Shown: in pieces, positions 36,027 through 47,437 of the stretch
Layout of the letters: the number at the start of each line of letters is the position of its first letter
Numbering within the stretch: the first letter of the stretch is position 1
Source of the DNA: Schizochytrium sp. TIO01
Lineage: Eukaryota; Protista; Bigyra: Labyrinthulomycetes
DNA length: 64,000 nt
Direction: 5' to 3'
Assembly: GCA_004764695.1 (NCBI GenBank)
Contig: SMSO01000036.1
Span: 1-64,000 of the forward strand
Notes under the pieces: model-generated
Seen by the model: the letters and a program-made list of their open reading frames with translations, nothing else
Told to the model about the DNA's origin: nothing
Databases searched by the model: none
Position numbers and translations under genes: made by a program

Positions 36027-36066
<40 letters not shown>
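36027..36066. repeat. (GAAA)10 microsatellite
   Basis: Direct reading. Confidence 0.95.
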
Positions 36067-36070
<4 letters not shown>

Positions 36071-39065
36071 ACACTAAAAAAATATCTGAAGCTGAATCCT
36101 TTTGAAAATGATCCTCAGAATGATATTCATGGAGGCACGTGAGATTCTTGTGCCATTTGACCACTGCTATTCAGCAGCGCCCAACACCGACTCGACACCA
36201 TAGTTGTCCCAAGTATCTGTCTTGTGAAAGAAATACAATTGCCATGCCTGCCAAATTAATATTGAAACGATACCTGTAGTTTTATATAATAATGATGTAC
36301 CAAGTATGTGAAGCTATTGAGAACCATTTTATTCGAGGGTATTAGTAGCACAATGTGAATCTGAATGTACATCATTTCAGAGGCTTTCGCAACTAGCGTT
36401 TTCGGATTAATATTCATGGGTTTCACTTGTATATTGTTTAAATCCCCTAGAAAATAATCAATTCTCATGAAGTTATCCTCTTTCCAGTTAGCAATCTACT
36501 CGTCTGTGCCAATGCAGTTTCAATTAGATTCTAGAATCTGGACTAAATAAGACCTGATTGGATATAGCTCCGTATTGATGCGTTTTGTTGAAGCAAACTG
36601 TACAGATGATGGTCGTGAAAGTGAGAAATTTAAAGCATAAACACTCCCTTCAAACTCACAAATATTCGTCTCATCTCGAACGGTTCTTTTAATAAACTCG
36701 GGTACCTGAAAACCAAGCCACGACCGTGTATTCTACGAAAAGAAGAAGAAGAAGAAGAATTAAATTTCAGCGTCTATTACTTATTAAAAAAAAACAAAAA
36801 AACAAAAAAAACAAAAAAAACAAAAAAACTACTATTCTGACGGAGGGAAGATAAAAAGGAAATCGTTGTGGTGAGTGATATCTTAAACTAGTCAAGTGCC
36901 GAGAATCTGACGGACGGATTCGAGTTCCTAAAACACTTTGTCAAAACATCCGAGACCATTTAAACGACGCACTTATGTTTCAAGTTTTGCAGCTTCACTT
37001 GAATACGTGAGCGTTCTTACTTCCTGAGCCACCCTGCTTCTTACCCTGAAAATATATATTAAAGCATTGACAGATGTGGAATGGGACAACTTGGTGTCTG
37101 GTCTTTGTTCCCACACCAAGCTGTGTGTAGCTCGCACGTGCTTTAGCGTGCAACTGATTTTAGCAACTGAGGTCCTCAAGAAGTATTGATAGTTCCAAAC
37201 CAGCAGAAGATCTCTCCTATGTCTTAAGAAGGAATCCCACTGGCACTGACCCAAAAAGATGAAATCAGAGCCACCGGGCTACTTCCGAGAGAACAGTAAG
37301 CGCTACTTTTCACTACAACTTTGGGTAAAATGTAAAGTCTCCTATAGCTACATGATATGCAAGTTGCTAAGATCATTTGAATGGCCCTGATTCCGTGAAC
37401 CATGATAGCTACCTGGGATTTGGATGTGTCTGGGAAGAAGAGGAACGACAACTTTAAGTGATAGGTAGAAACGGGTAGAGAGTACACACCCAACTCCACC
37501 TAACAAAAAACGGACGGTGCCTACTATATAATACTATAGTAGTAATGGTAAAGAGTTTATTCTGTAGAGAATAGCTCTCTTCTTTCTACCTTTGTACTGA
37601 TTCACGTGCAGTTTCATTCCACGGTCTACCAGAAGTCCTTGCCCAGCGTTGAAAAAGTTCCTTGGCTACAGCCACAATAGATACATGCCCCTGAATTAAA
37701 ACGTGCTGAGCATACCATGGCGCTTCTGGAATACAAAAAACAATTGAATTTTTAATTTTCTAATTTAAAATAAAAATGTAAAAATCAGTTGAACACTTCT
37801 GCTGCCCCAGAGTTCTCGCGATGTCTCGTTAACCGAAGCCTTTAGAACTTCTCCCTTAAACCTTAATGTTAATGAGTATTTCCGACTCAAACTGCATCAC
37901 ATTGTTTGTCATCCAATGAATCCTCACACTATTACGATTCGTGGCGGTCTTTTTCGTTTGTGTTTTATCACTCGCTCACAGCATCTAGCAAGTGCTCTTA
38001 AGAATTGGTAGAGGTGCTCCGTGAGAATTGATAGAAAACAATGAGAAAGGAAGAACTCCCTTGTGGCGGTGGCTGTCTAGGCCCGTTGTGAGGAGCGCAA
38101 ACTTTCTGCGTACTAGAATGGTTCATAAGATCTAGCTTTGGAGTGTGACCTAGAATACTATTGCAATAAAGAATGATAAAAATGAAAGCGGCATTAGCTC
38201 TACTAGTTCTCTAGGACTATAACTTTAAAAAAAATAAAACAGGAGTGCTTGACAGAGACTTGAATTTTAGAGGCTAGTACTTTGAGAAGCATCGATGATA
38301 GTTCAACAGCTGCTGGATTGGTAGGAGCAAGCTCGTTTGAAGTAGAATGAGTGGACGCTACGAAGAATTGAATGTATACGATACGAAATCACTTGATAAA
38401 CAGCTAGTAGAACATTTGTGATTCTTAAAAACGCAAAGAGGAAGTTTTTTTGCGATTACCTTTAACTCCACTACGTCCACTAGCAAATTTGTAGTGAAAC
38501 AAACAAGACTACTAATACCTACCTAACAAACTCACCCACATTATGTTAGCAGGAATTACAAAAATGATGTAACAAAAAAACAAAAACCCCAAACATATCT
38601 TTATACAAGATAAAGACACTCTAGCGTTGGACATCAAACACATACCACCCTACTCGTATGGAGCAGAGGTCGTAAAAGCACCTCGGAAGAATATATTTCA
38701 AGTACTTATTGGTATTATATAATAATTGATCGTATTTTACATTTAAAACATGTTATTATCTTAAAAAGGTAATGTTGTTCAGACACAACAGGCTAGTCAA
38801 TGAACTGTTCTGCGACCACAAACAATTTATCAGCAAGGCCTCTTGGGAAGGTTGCAGTAGAGTCGACAAGCTAGTCACCCATAGCCAATAAAATTCTGAA
38901 TAGTTTTTGCAGAGAACGCATCAAAGTGAGCTTGTTGACAAATCCAAAACCGCAACTTTAGCATCTAACAGGGAAGCTTCGTAAAGTACATGCTATTTTG
39001 ATCGAGAGATACAAAACCAGAAACACTATAAAATTGAGCAGCATCATTCAGCAATTGTCAAAGAC

Positions 39066-39977
39066 ATGACGCACGACGATGTATCTCCTATTGTCGTCAA
39101 GATCAACCTAGCAAAGACACCAACTGAGCTTTCCGAGCTTTCCCACCATCAAGACGACGCCCACTATAATGGTGAAGGACGCACGATGGACTTTGAAGCA
39201 GCTCGCCGTGCAGACAGCATCATTGAACATAAGAACAATATTTTTCTTCTTGCTTTGGTATGCATCCTCTTTGGGTGCTTTGCCATTGCGCAAATTATCG
39301 CTGCTATTATTGGAAACAGTCTCTCATTGCTAGGCGACTCCTCGAGTATGATTGTTGATGCAGTGACATATGGTCTAAATATGGTTGCTGAAATGATGAA
39401 AAAGCGGGGAGTTTCAGAAATAGTACGCGTTAGACTTGAGTTAGGCATCCCTCTCTTTAGTATGCTTGCACTCATTGCGACTAGTTTATACATCATTGAA
39501 GACGCGGCTGTCACTATTGCAACAGTTGACGAGATTGCCGCGGATGAACAAAATGTTACGAACGATACATTGATGCTTATTTTTAGTTGTATCAACCTAA
39601 GCATTGATATTTTCAGTGTAACTTGTTTTGCTCGTTTCAAGGCTTGCTTAGGCTTTTCAAGTGTAGACATTTTTGTTGACCCCTACAATCTAAACATGGG
39701 TACAAAGAGAAAGGGCAACACAAACATGTGTTCTGCTTATACCCACGTAATAGCGGATACAATGCGAAGTTCTGCAGTTGTTATCGCAGCTATCATTTCG
39801 ATCACGGTGGACACCGTTAACCCCAACCTCGCCGATGCTTGGGCTGCCATTACTGTGTCACTCATCATTTTTATTTCAATGATCCCCCTTGGTCGAGGCC
39901 TCGTTCAAAAATGTATTCAGCTGCGCCATCTCGATCAAGAGAGAAACACAAACAATATTGCAGATATAGAACTCTAG
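39066..39977 (+). CDS. Cation diffusion facilitator (SLC30/ZnT-like) metal transporter (303 aa)
   Basis: About six TM segments. SLSLLGD...M.VD (TM2), NM.SAYTHVIADT (TM5), ADAWAA (TM6). Confidence 0.85.
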   Translation: MTHDDVSPIVVKINLAKTPTELSELSHHQDDAHYNGEGRTMDFEAARRADSIIEHKNNIFLLALVCILFGCFAIAQIIAAIIGNSLSLLGDSSSMIVDAVTYGLNMVAEMMKKRGVSEIVRVRLELGIPLFSMLALIATSLYIIEDAAVTIATVDEIAADEQNVTNDTLMLIFSCINLSIDIFSVTCFARFKACLGFSSVDIFVDPYNLNMGTKRKGNTNMCSAYTHVIADTMRSSAVVIAAIISITVDTVNPNLADAWAAITVSLIIFISMIPLGRGLVQKCIQLRHLDQERNTNNIADIEL

Positions 39978-40422
39978 CTCTGAAGATTTGCCTTGTTGCG
40001 TGTATGACTCTCCTTTTCGAAGATTAAGACTCCTGAAGAAATAATTTTGCGATTGATACTAGAGATGAACAAGCTGCTTTGGTCCTTATTCTTTCCTCAA
40101 TAGAATCATTTCCCAATTGCTAACCCTCCAGCAATTTCAATATCTACGACTATAGTCTCACATCACAACCTTTTGCCCTTATTCGACTTATTCAGCCATT
40201 ATAAAAACATTTTTTTAAAAATATATCATGACATGACGGCAACCTCGTTAATATTCTGCACCGCAGTCTTACACTATAATAATTCGATTAAACTGCTCGG
40301 GTAGTCTAATGACAACTCTTTATCATTGAAGACAATGGGTACACCAAATATCTACAATAAACTAACCTACCTACTATTATTCTTGAATAGTAGTATCTCC
40401 AATACTGTAATATCTGTGAGTG

Positions 40423-41706
40423 ATGCCTCACCACAATGCACACGTCGAGGTGCTGAGTGCCCATGCAAGTTCTGAGCGTGCGCAGAATTTGCTCCGGGAT
40501 GCCTGTGAGGTTCTCCATGCCGAGTGGCCAGCTGGTGGAAGCGTAGATCGTCGCATCCAGCGCCTCTGCGATGCTCAGGACACATGTTGCTTCCTCGGTC
40601 TCATCGTCCAGGCCCAGGATCAACGCGAACACTGCGTTGGTTTTGCTCAACTTCAAGCCGTCACGGACAAAGGTGAAGGGCCAGCCTGTGCCATCACCTC
40701 TGTGGTCACCAGTCCATCTGTGAGAGGTTCTGGCCTTGGCCGCCTGCTCATGAGTGAACTGGAGGTAGAAGCTCGAAAGAGGGACTACGGATATGTCTAT
40801 CTTTGGACATCCACAGCACAAGGCTTTTATGCCAAGTGTGGTTACGAATGCTGTGAAAGCGTAAATCTTTCAAGACCTATTCTAGGCCGGCTTGCGGATA
40901 CTCAGGTGAGTGCGCTCGAGCGCATGCTGCAGAAAATGGGAAGCGATATGTCGAGAAAGAAAAACTCAGCTGGTGCTTCTACTCAAGAAAAAATTGATCA
41001 TGAAGACACCGATGGAGAAAACGTAGTGTGGATGCGGAAGAGGCTGAAGGAGGAAATCCCCGTGCAGTTTCTTGATACACAGGACGTGGACAAACTCACA
41101 CGCGCTGATCTTGTCCACCTAGCACCGCAAGGAACCGCTGTAGATTTCTGCTTGGTTGACGTTCCTTTGTATCGCCAAATTGGGCCATCATGCGGGCTTG
41201 CAGCGCTACGTATGGCCCGACACTTCCTCTGCGGAGAACCGGTGGCACCTGGAGCACCTTCTCTCTTGCAAGAAGCCATTCGCCGAGGCTTCTCGCATGA
41301 TGGTGAACTTTATGATATTGAGGACCTGGCATTGCTGGCGCGTGACGTGAGTGGACTCAACGCCAAGGTTGTCAAAGCCTCAGTCGAAGGATTAAAGTCA
41401 ATCTCCCCTACTCAACTTGTTATTATTCCGTACGATCGTGGTGGAGGTTCTGCACCCGCTTTCCTCGGAGGTAAAGCTGCGCATTATGGACTTGTTGTTG
41501 GTAATGCAACATTCAAAAATATTCGAGATGATACCAGCGTGTCTCGCGTGCTTTCCTTGGAGAAAGATGCATCTTGCGATGCATGTATTGTACAGCATGG
41601 CATGAGCCGGCGCCTGGTCACTGCACTTACACAAGATTGGCTTGCTAGCAATGCTGATCTTACGGCACACAATGGCCTTTGCGGTAAAATGCTTCTTCTA
41701 TCCTGA
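40423..41706 (+). CDS. Fusion of NAA80-like GNAT N-terminal acetyltransferase and ACTMAP (C19orf54)-like cysteine protease (427 aa)
   Basis: N-half: LL.DAC..L..EWP, VG.A.L, ITSVV.SP..RGSGLGRLLM..LE..AR, L.T...GFY.KCGY, VVWMRK. C-half: QIGPSCGLAAL.MA (Cys codon 41191), LL..A..RGF..DGE, IPYD....P...G..AHYG (His codon 41482), QHG.S, SN..L, GLCG..LLL. One uninterrupted ORF. Confidence 0.85.
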   Translation: MPHHNAHVEVLSAHASSERAQNLLRDACEVLHAEWPAGGSVDRRIQRLCDAQDTCCFLGLIVQAQDQREHCVGFAQLQAVTDKGEGPACAITSVVTSPSVRGSGLGRLLMSELEVEARKRDYGYVYLWTSTAQGFYAKCGYECCESVNLSRPILGRLADTQVSALERMLQKMGSDMSRKKNSAGASTQEKIDHEDTDGENVVWMRKRLKEEIPVQFLDTQDVDKLTRADLVHLAPQGTAVDFCLVDVPLYRQIGPSCGLAALRMARHFLCGEPVAPGAPSLLQEAIRRGFSHDGELYDIEDLALLARDVSGLNAKVVKASVEGLKSISPTQLVIIPYDRGGGSAPAFLGGKAAHYGLVVGNATFKNIRDDTSVSRVLSLEKDASCDACIVQHGMSRRLVTALTQDWLASNADLTAHNGLCGKMLLLS

Positions 41707-42002
41707 TTTTATGAACATTAAACTCAAATCGAATGGCATGAAAAACGTAAAAAGATTTTTTAAAAAAGTGATTTGTCTCTTAATGTGTTCTTTGCAAGCG
41801 CTATGCTCTTTCTGAAATAACAAAAGAATTTAGGATGGTTTTTATGTCCTTCTTTAATTTTTATAAAAATAGTAATGACAGGAAATGCCTTTGGACAACC
41901 GTGTGTATTAGTTGACCTTGCATTTTTCAAATTACTGTGTGGCGTCCTCTATATAGGATTTTGATGCGCACAAGTGAAGACTTTGTTAGAGTAAGGTAAG
42001 AT

Positions 42003-44069
42003 TTAATTGACAGAGGTAAAGTAATAAAAGGTTCCCTCAGGAGGAAGATCACAGCCAATAGTTCGAAAAGCTAGCAGAGCGGTATCATCTGAAAATGATC
42101 GCTGGCTACGAAAAGACGCCCCACGGCTGGCTGTACCTGTATCATCCTGTATGCTTGCTGTTGCTCGAGGTGTATGCCGTAGAATTACCTGTCCGCCCTT
42201 TACGATATCCACATGAGACGTCAGCTCTGCCATGAGCTCCACCGTTGTCAGCTGTGTTACCGGAACCATGCTTCCCACATCAGAGGCGGACAAGCATAAT
42301 TCAAAAGACTGTGTTCCTTCGGGCATCACTACTTTCATTTTATACTGGTGGGCATCACTTCCGTGTACGAGGTACAACTCAATTAGAACTGTCTGATTGT
42401 AAATTGCAGCAGAAAATTTGCCGTGAAGCTGTTCGGTAAGGATTTTTTCTGGCCTTGTCAAATCTTCACTTGCCTCCTTCAAAGGTGCTTTGAGACCTCC
42501 GTTACTTCTTGCTGAAGCTTGTCGCTCAATAATCTGTGCAATCTTGTCTGCGGCAGCATTCACCGTAGCCTCAGCTACTGCACGACAATCTTCTGCAGAA
42601 GGTCTCTTGTGGAAAATTTGTGAGTTCGGTGGTGGGGATGGAAGCAAGGTTTCTGTGTGGATTGACGTAGATTTTATTGGGTTCACCTCTGATGTGCTTG
42701 TTGAATTGACTGTCGGTGAAATGCTTTGTTGTTGCACTCTACCCACATGATCCAGAGCGCTTCCCTGCACTTCTGAACTTCCATCATTTTCATCAGCATC
42801 AAAAGTCTTGGAACTGTCCCTTTGAATTTTGGATGGCAGTAATGGTTTTAGCGTCCCACTTGCCTCTTTTGCAGATCTATGTTCAGGATGCGAATTCATA
42901 CTGCTGACATGACTCGAATTACTCTTCAGGCTCGCATTTTTGGAAATGTCAGGAGGATGAAGGCGAATTTCATCCACCTTGGTGTTTTCTGCTGGCGATT
43001 TGTGCTCGTTAACCTCAGCAGCAATCTTTGCTTCCCGGGCTTTTGCCTCGCGAATTTCTTTTAGCTTTTCTTTATTCATAATCATTGAGTCAACGACTGG
43101 GGTAGTTTCAGGTTCTGGAGAGATCACAATAGGCTGCTTTTGACCTAATTTAGAACGCAGAGATAAATTTTTAAAAATCCCGCCTGATGCTTGTTTGGTG
43201 GGCTCTTTGGGCAGTTCTGCCCGAACTGTTCGTAGCTTAGATTTTGTAACAGCAATTGCGTCGTGTGCACGTGTTCGCGGGGAGTTTGTTCCCGGCTTAC
43301 GCCTTGGCATACCTGTTGGGCGTCGAGGGAGCATTGGTTTCTTTTTAACGTTTGTTTTATTTTCCGTGTCCATCTTCACGCGTCGCTTCGGGGGCTTTGC
43401 TGATTGCAACTCGAGAGTTGCCAAGCGCTGCTCAAGGCTAGACAACATATTAATGGCTTTGGTCTCCTGGTTGGCCTCCTCGTTCAGTCGGGTCATGTTC
43501 ACTTCTTCGACAGCAAGGGTGCTTTTAAGAATTTGTTTGCGTTGATATAGCATGTCAAGTACATCGTCCATATGGGCAAAAATTGTCCGTGGCAGAGAAT
43601 TTGCGTTTGAGGCAACCGAAAGTTGCTCACGGACTTCAGACAAAGTAGCGAATAGCAAATTTCGTATGTTAGCTTCTTCATGGAGTTCTTTCTTTGCAAA
43701 GCGATTCTCCTTTCGTAAAAGCTCTGCTTCGATTTCAAGTGAGATTTTTTCCACACGGAGACGAGCAACCTCTTGTTGTAAATCTACAATTGCAGAGGTA
43801 GCTATAGGTTGACTGTTGCGCTCTGTCATTTGTCGCGATAACGCAGGCCTTTGGGGTGTAGCTTCGTTGGCGGTATCCGACTTTCTTCGGCGAGGTGAAC
43901 TGCTTTTGGACTGTACCTTGCTGAGCTGAAGTTTCATACTTTCAACTTCTTCACATAGCCGCTGAACAAGCGCTTGGTCTCCTACGTTCATATACGCCTG
44001 ATCATATTCCTGGTGAACTTGCCGAGGCATTTTTTCTGAAGAGTGTAAACCATTTTCTTCTACCCCCAT
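42003..44069 (-). CDS. Hypothetical coiled-coil, low-complexity protein (688 aa)
   Basis: Long ORF with heptad-like N-terminal segments and a disordered middle. No family recognised. Confidence 0.8.
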   Translation of the reverse strand: MGVEENGLHSSEKMPRQVHQEYDQAYMNVGDQALVQRLCEEVESMKLQLSKVQSKSSSPRRRKSDTANEATPQRPALSRQMTERNSQPIATSAIVDLQQEVARLRVEKISLEIEAELLRKENRFAKKELHEEANIRNLLFATLSEVREQLSVASNANSLPRTIFAHMDDVLDMLYQRKQILKSTLAVEEVNMTRLNEEANQETKAINMLSSLEQRLATLELQSAKPPKRRVKMDTENKTNVKKKPMLPRRPTGMPRRKPGTNSPRTRAHDAIAVTKSKLRTVRAELPKEPTKQASGGIFKNLSLRSKLGQKQPIVISPEPETTPVVDSMIMNKEKLKEIREAKAREAKIAAEVNEHKSPAENTKVDEIRLHPPDISKNASLKSNSSHVSSMNSHPEHRSAKEASGTLKPLLPSKIQRDSSKTFDADENDGSSEVQGSALDHVGRVQQQSISPTVNSTSTSEVNPIKSTSIHTETLLPSPPPNSQIFHKRPSAEDCRAVAEATVNAAADKIAQIIERQASARSNGGLKAPLKEASEDLTRPEKILTEQLHGKFSAAIYNQTVLIELYLVHGSDAHQYKMKVVMPEGTQSFELCLSASDVGSMVPVTQLTTVELMAELTSHVDIVKGGQVILRHTPRATASIQDDTGTASRGASFRSQRSFSDDTALLAFRTIGCDLPPEGTFYYFTSVN

Positions 44070-45393
44070 TATGTTTGATAGACCTTACCCTCAGCGCAGT
44101 CGTCCTGCAACGTTGCGACGCAAGGGAATTGGTTCAGAGACATACGCAGTCTCACTCAAGCGCAGATTATGTCTAGCTAGACAAGTTTGTTGAATGCTCC
44201 AACGCCTGCTTTTGTACTTTTTACAGCACTCTAAAATTGAGGTCTCCCTCACTTGACCTATTGTTAAGCACCTTTTTGAATAGCAGAACCTCTTTGATTC
44301 TTATTTGGTACTTAGTGGCAATTGATTGAAACTACCTCCATGTGAAAATATGCCAACTTTTTTCTCTTTTACTTTATCTACTACTGTATCCATGATTCAT
44401 GACAATGTATTTCCAAAAGAAAAAAAAGAAAAAAAGGTGAAGACTATATTTTAAAGACACACGTATCATGACAGACCATCAAAGTTCTCCTGAACCATTG
44501 TGACCCTGGTACTGCCTCAATACATCATAACTCAAACAAATGTTCCATGACTTTCCTTCCTCGAAATGTAAATTGGATTCGCACTTTCGCAACTTAAATA
44601 GCAGGTGAGTACACAACGACACCTATCCGTTGCATCCACCTCAATTTTTCTCCAGACTGCACAACCCATGCGGGGACACACAGAACTCTTGGAACATTCG
44701 CCGAGGACCTCTCCTCTAGAGACACACCTCTAGAGAATGGCTGGCACAGGCAAGTTGTCGATGTCCTTATAGTTTACAATAGCTGGTCCTATCAGAACCC
44801 CTCTTAATCTCAAAATCAGTATTACTTCCTATCTGGGCCTAGTGTTGCCTAATATGCTATGAAGAAGTAGCACGTACTATTATAAAATAATACATACTAG
44901 TGAATAAGGAGAGAACCTGGACCACCAGTGGTCGCGTGGTCGCTCTTTGCTCTCTCTAGCACGCTTCTGATTCAAGGCTTGTCGCTTGCTTGCTTGCTCG
45001 CTCAGGTTGGAGACAAGAGCAGAACTAAACGCGTGCTAGCCACGCGGTGTGGGTGTTATTTGGAGAGCAAGTAGCCTGAGCAACGGGAGGTGTTTTGCTC
45101 GCTTGAACCAACCAGCGGAATCCTCGGAACCCCGAGCCCCGATCCTTCTTGCTTGTGGACGAGGCCGAGGGAGCGTCTTCAACGGCGATAATTTTACAAC
45201 TGGTGTGCTCAGTTGGTCGTGTTGGATCATAGACTAGGGACGTTTGCGAGTCGGTTCCAAAGCCTTGAGACGCTTGTGACCTTTGTTTTATCAAGGAGCA
45301 CCACATCTGGGCTCGCCCACTTGGTCTATTTTTTTTTTTCAAAGTTCTTTTCCAGCACAAGTCGACCTCGAAGCAAAGGATTAATTTGCAATC

Positions 45394-47196
45394 ATGGGTC
45401 GTAAACGCCAGTTTATCAACAAGCGCGATGCACACAAGTTTGTGCTTATGCATCGCAGTCAGCAGGATCCTGAGTACTACCGTGAGGGCGGCAGCAAATT
45501 CGTACTTCATCCCGCAGATGCTGCCACAGCAAGGGCACTCCACAAACTTGGCCTAGGTGATGATCTCGTGAGTTCTGGAGGCATGGGCGGCGGGGCTGAC
45601 GCCGATGCAGCCCACAATAGCTCGAATCTGCGAAATGGAGAGCTTCGCGAGGTCGATGAGCTTGGACTGCCCATTGACGGCTACAATTATCACAAGCATC
45701 TTGCCGCCATTGACGGCTCTGGAACCTTCGTATCCGCCTCAGGCAGCGTCCTCCCTTCCCGTGCGGTGGCACCTGCAGACCTCGCTGGAGCTGCTTCGGC
45801 TGGTAAGAAATCCGTAAAGTTTGCCGACGAGGTCGAGGAGGATGGGGATACTGAGTCCTTGGCAACTGGAGCTTCGACTGCCGCAAACAAGGCAAAGCTC
45901 ACCTTGCCAGGAGACATGTTTGCTTCAGATCGTGAGTACGACCGCATGCTTGAGGCCATCACGCTTAACCCAAACTCGCTCGACCCTGAAATGAAGCGTT
46001 TGCTCGAGCTTGGATTCGACGAAGAGGTTGCCACAGATGATGGAGAGGATGACGATGATGAGGAGTATGTCGGAACTCTCGAAGATGACTTCATGCAGCA
46101 ACTCTTACAAGCTGAAGCCGATGCTCCAGAAGAGGATGTTTTCGACTTTGACGCTCACATGGCTCGTCTCATGGCTCAAGCCGAAGCAGAGGATGGCTAC
46201 GCTGATGACGATGACGACGGCGACGACGATTTCGACGAGGAGGACCTTAAGGAGCTGATGGCTCAAGCGAGTGGCTCTCGTCAGCTCCGTGACATTGATC
46301 TTCACTTTGAGGCCGTCCTTGCTCGCGACTATGATGACGACGAAATCGGTGAGCTTGATCATCGTGCCTATGACGAACGTGTTGCCGGTACAGTTGAGCT
46401 CTCGGCTGCTCATGTGCAGCATCTGGTTGAGACCTACTTGAAGGAAAAGCGCGCTGATAAGGAGCGTGGCCATGAAATCGGTGCCAACGAGGAAAATATC
46501 GCACTGAAAGAGAGCAATAAACGACTTGTTAGCGAGGGCGATGATGGTGCAAAACAGAGCGCAACGCTCGATGAGGAGGTTGATGACACCCCCAAGCTCG
46601 ACTCCTTTGGCAATGGTGAACTCGCTGACACAATTGATTATGCTCCTGATGTTACCAAGGACGAAATTCTTCATCACTTTGGCTATGATGACCGCCCGCA
46701 AGCTAAGTGGGACTGTGAAACTATTGTCAGTACCTACTCTGTGCTAGATAACCACCCAACCCTCATTCCTGTGGAAAGCCGCAGAAAGCGAAAGAATGCA
46801 AAGGCCAAATCTGTGGCGACTATGAAAGTTCAAGAAGAAGTCGACGAGGATCACGAAGAGGTGGATGAAGCCTTGGAGACGGCCGCTGCAGATTTTGAGC
46901 ATGACCAAGCCCCACCACCTGCAGATGAAGACGTGGATCTTGACGGCTTTGTAGGACTGAGCGCAGGTCTGGCTTTACCGACCGATGATGTACCTTTGGA
47001 GCGAACAAAGGAAGAAAGTGTTGATGAGAAGCGCGCACGCAAGAAACTCGTTAAAATGCAACAGCGCCTACGTCGCCAGGAAAAGAAGACGACCAAGGAC
47101 ATGTTCAAACAAGAGAAAAAACGTCAACAGAATGCCGCACAAAAACTCAAGCAGGCTGCGGCTCCCCCTCCTGGAGCCACTGTTTTGCACTTTTAA
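45394..47196 (+). CDS. LTV1: LTV1 homolog, pre-40S ribosome biogenesis factor (600 aa)
   Basis: FI.K..A.KF.L.HRSQQDP, DGYNY.KHL, acidic middle, KWDCETIVSTYS.LDNHP, and C-terminal EKRARKKLVK...RRQEKK.TKDMFK. Confidence 0.93.
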   Translation: MGRKRQFINKRDAHKFVLMHRSQQDPEYYREGGSKFVLHPADAATARALHKLGLGDDLVSSGGMGGGADADAAHNSSNLRNGELREVDELGLPIDGYNYHKHLAAIDGSGTFVSASGSVLPSRAVAPADLAGAASAGKKSVKFADEVEEDGDTESLATGASTAANKAKLTLPGDMFASDREYDRMLEAITLNPNSLDPEMKRLLELGFDEEVATDDGEDDDDEEYVGTLEDDFMQQLLQAEADAPEEDVFDFDAHMARLMAQAEAEDGYADDDDDGDDDFDEEDLKELMAQASGSRQLRDIDLHFEAVLARDYDDDEIGELDHRAYDERVAGTVELSAAHVQHLVETYLKEKRADKERGHEIGANEENIALKESNKRLVSEGDDGAKQSATLDEEVDDTPKLDSFGNGELADTIDYAPDVTKDEILHHFGYDDRPQAKWDCETIVSTYSVLDNHPTLIPVESRRKRKNAKAKSVATMKVQEEVDEDHEEVDEALETAAADFEHDQAPPPADEDVDLDGFVGLSAGLALPTDDVPLERTKEESVDEKRARKKLVKMQQRLRRQEKKTTKDMFKQEKKRQQNAAQKLKQAAAPPPGATVLHF

Positions 47197-47437
47197 AATT
47201 TGTAGCTATACACATCAATTCAATAAACTTTCAAATCAAAAGATTACTACGCAAGCGGAAAATTATGAAAAACCTTGTAGCACCATTGTAGCTGCGCAAG
47301 ATTGGCATTCCTTGTCCGTCGTCTAAACCATAGTTCAATGTAAACACCACCGTGCTCGGCTTGTGCAAATTAAAAAGAGAAAGAAAAAGAAAAAGAGGTA
47401 AGTATACCATTCTGTTAATTATGAGTTTTAGTTCGCC

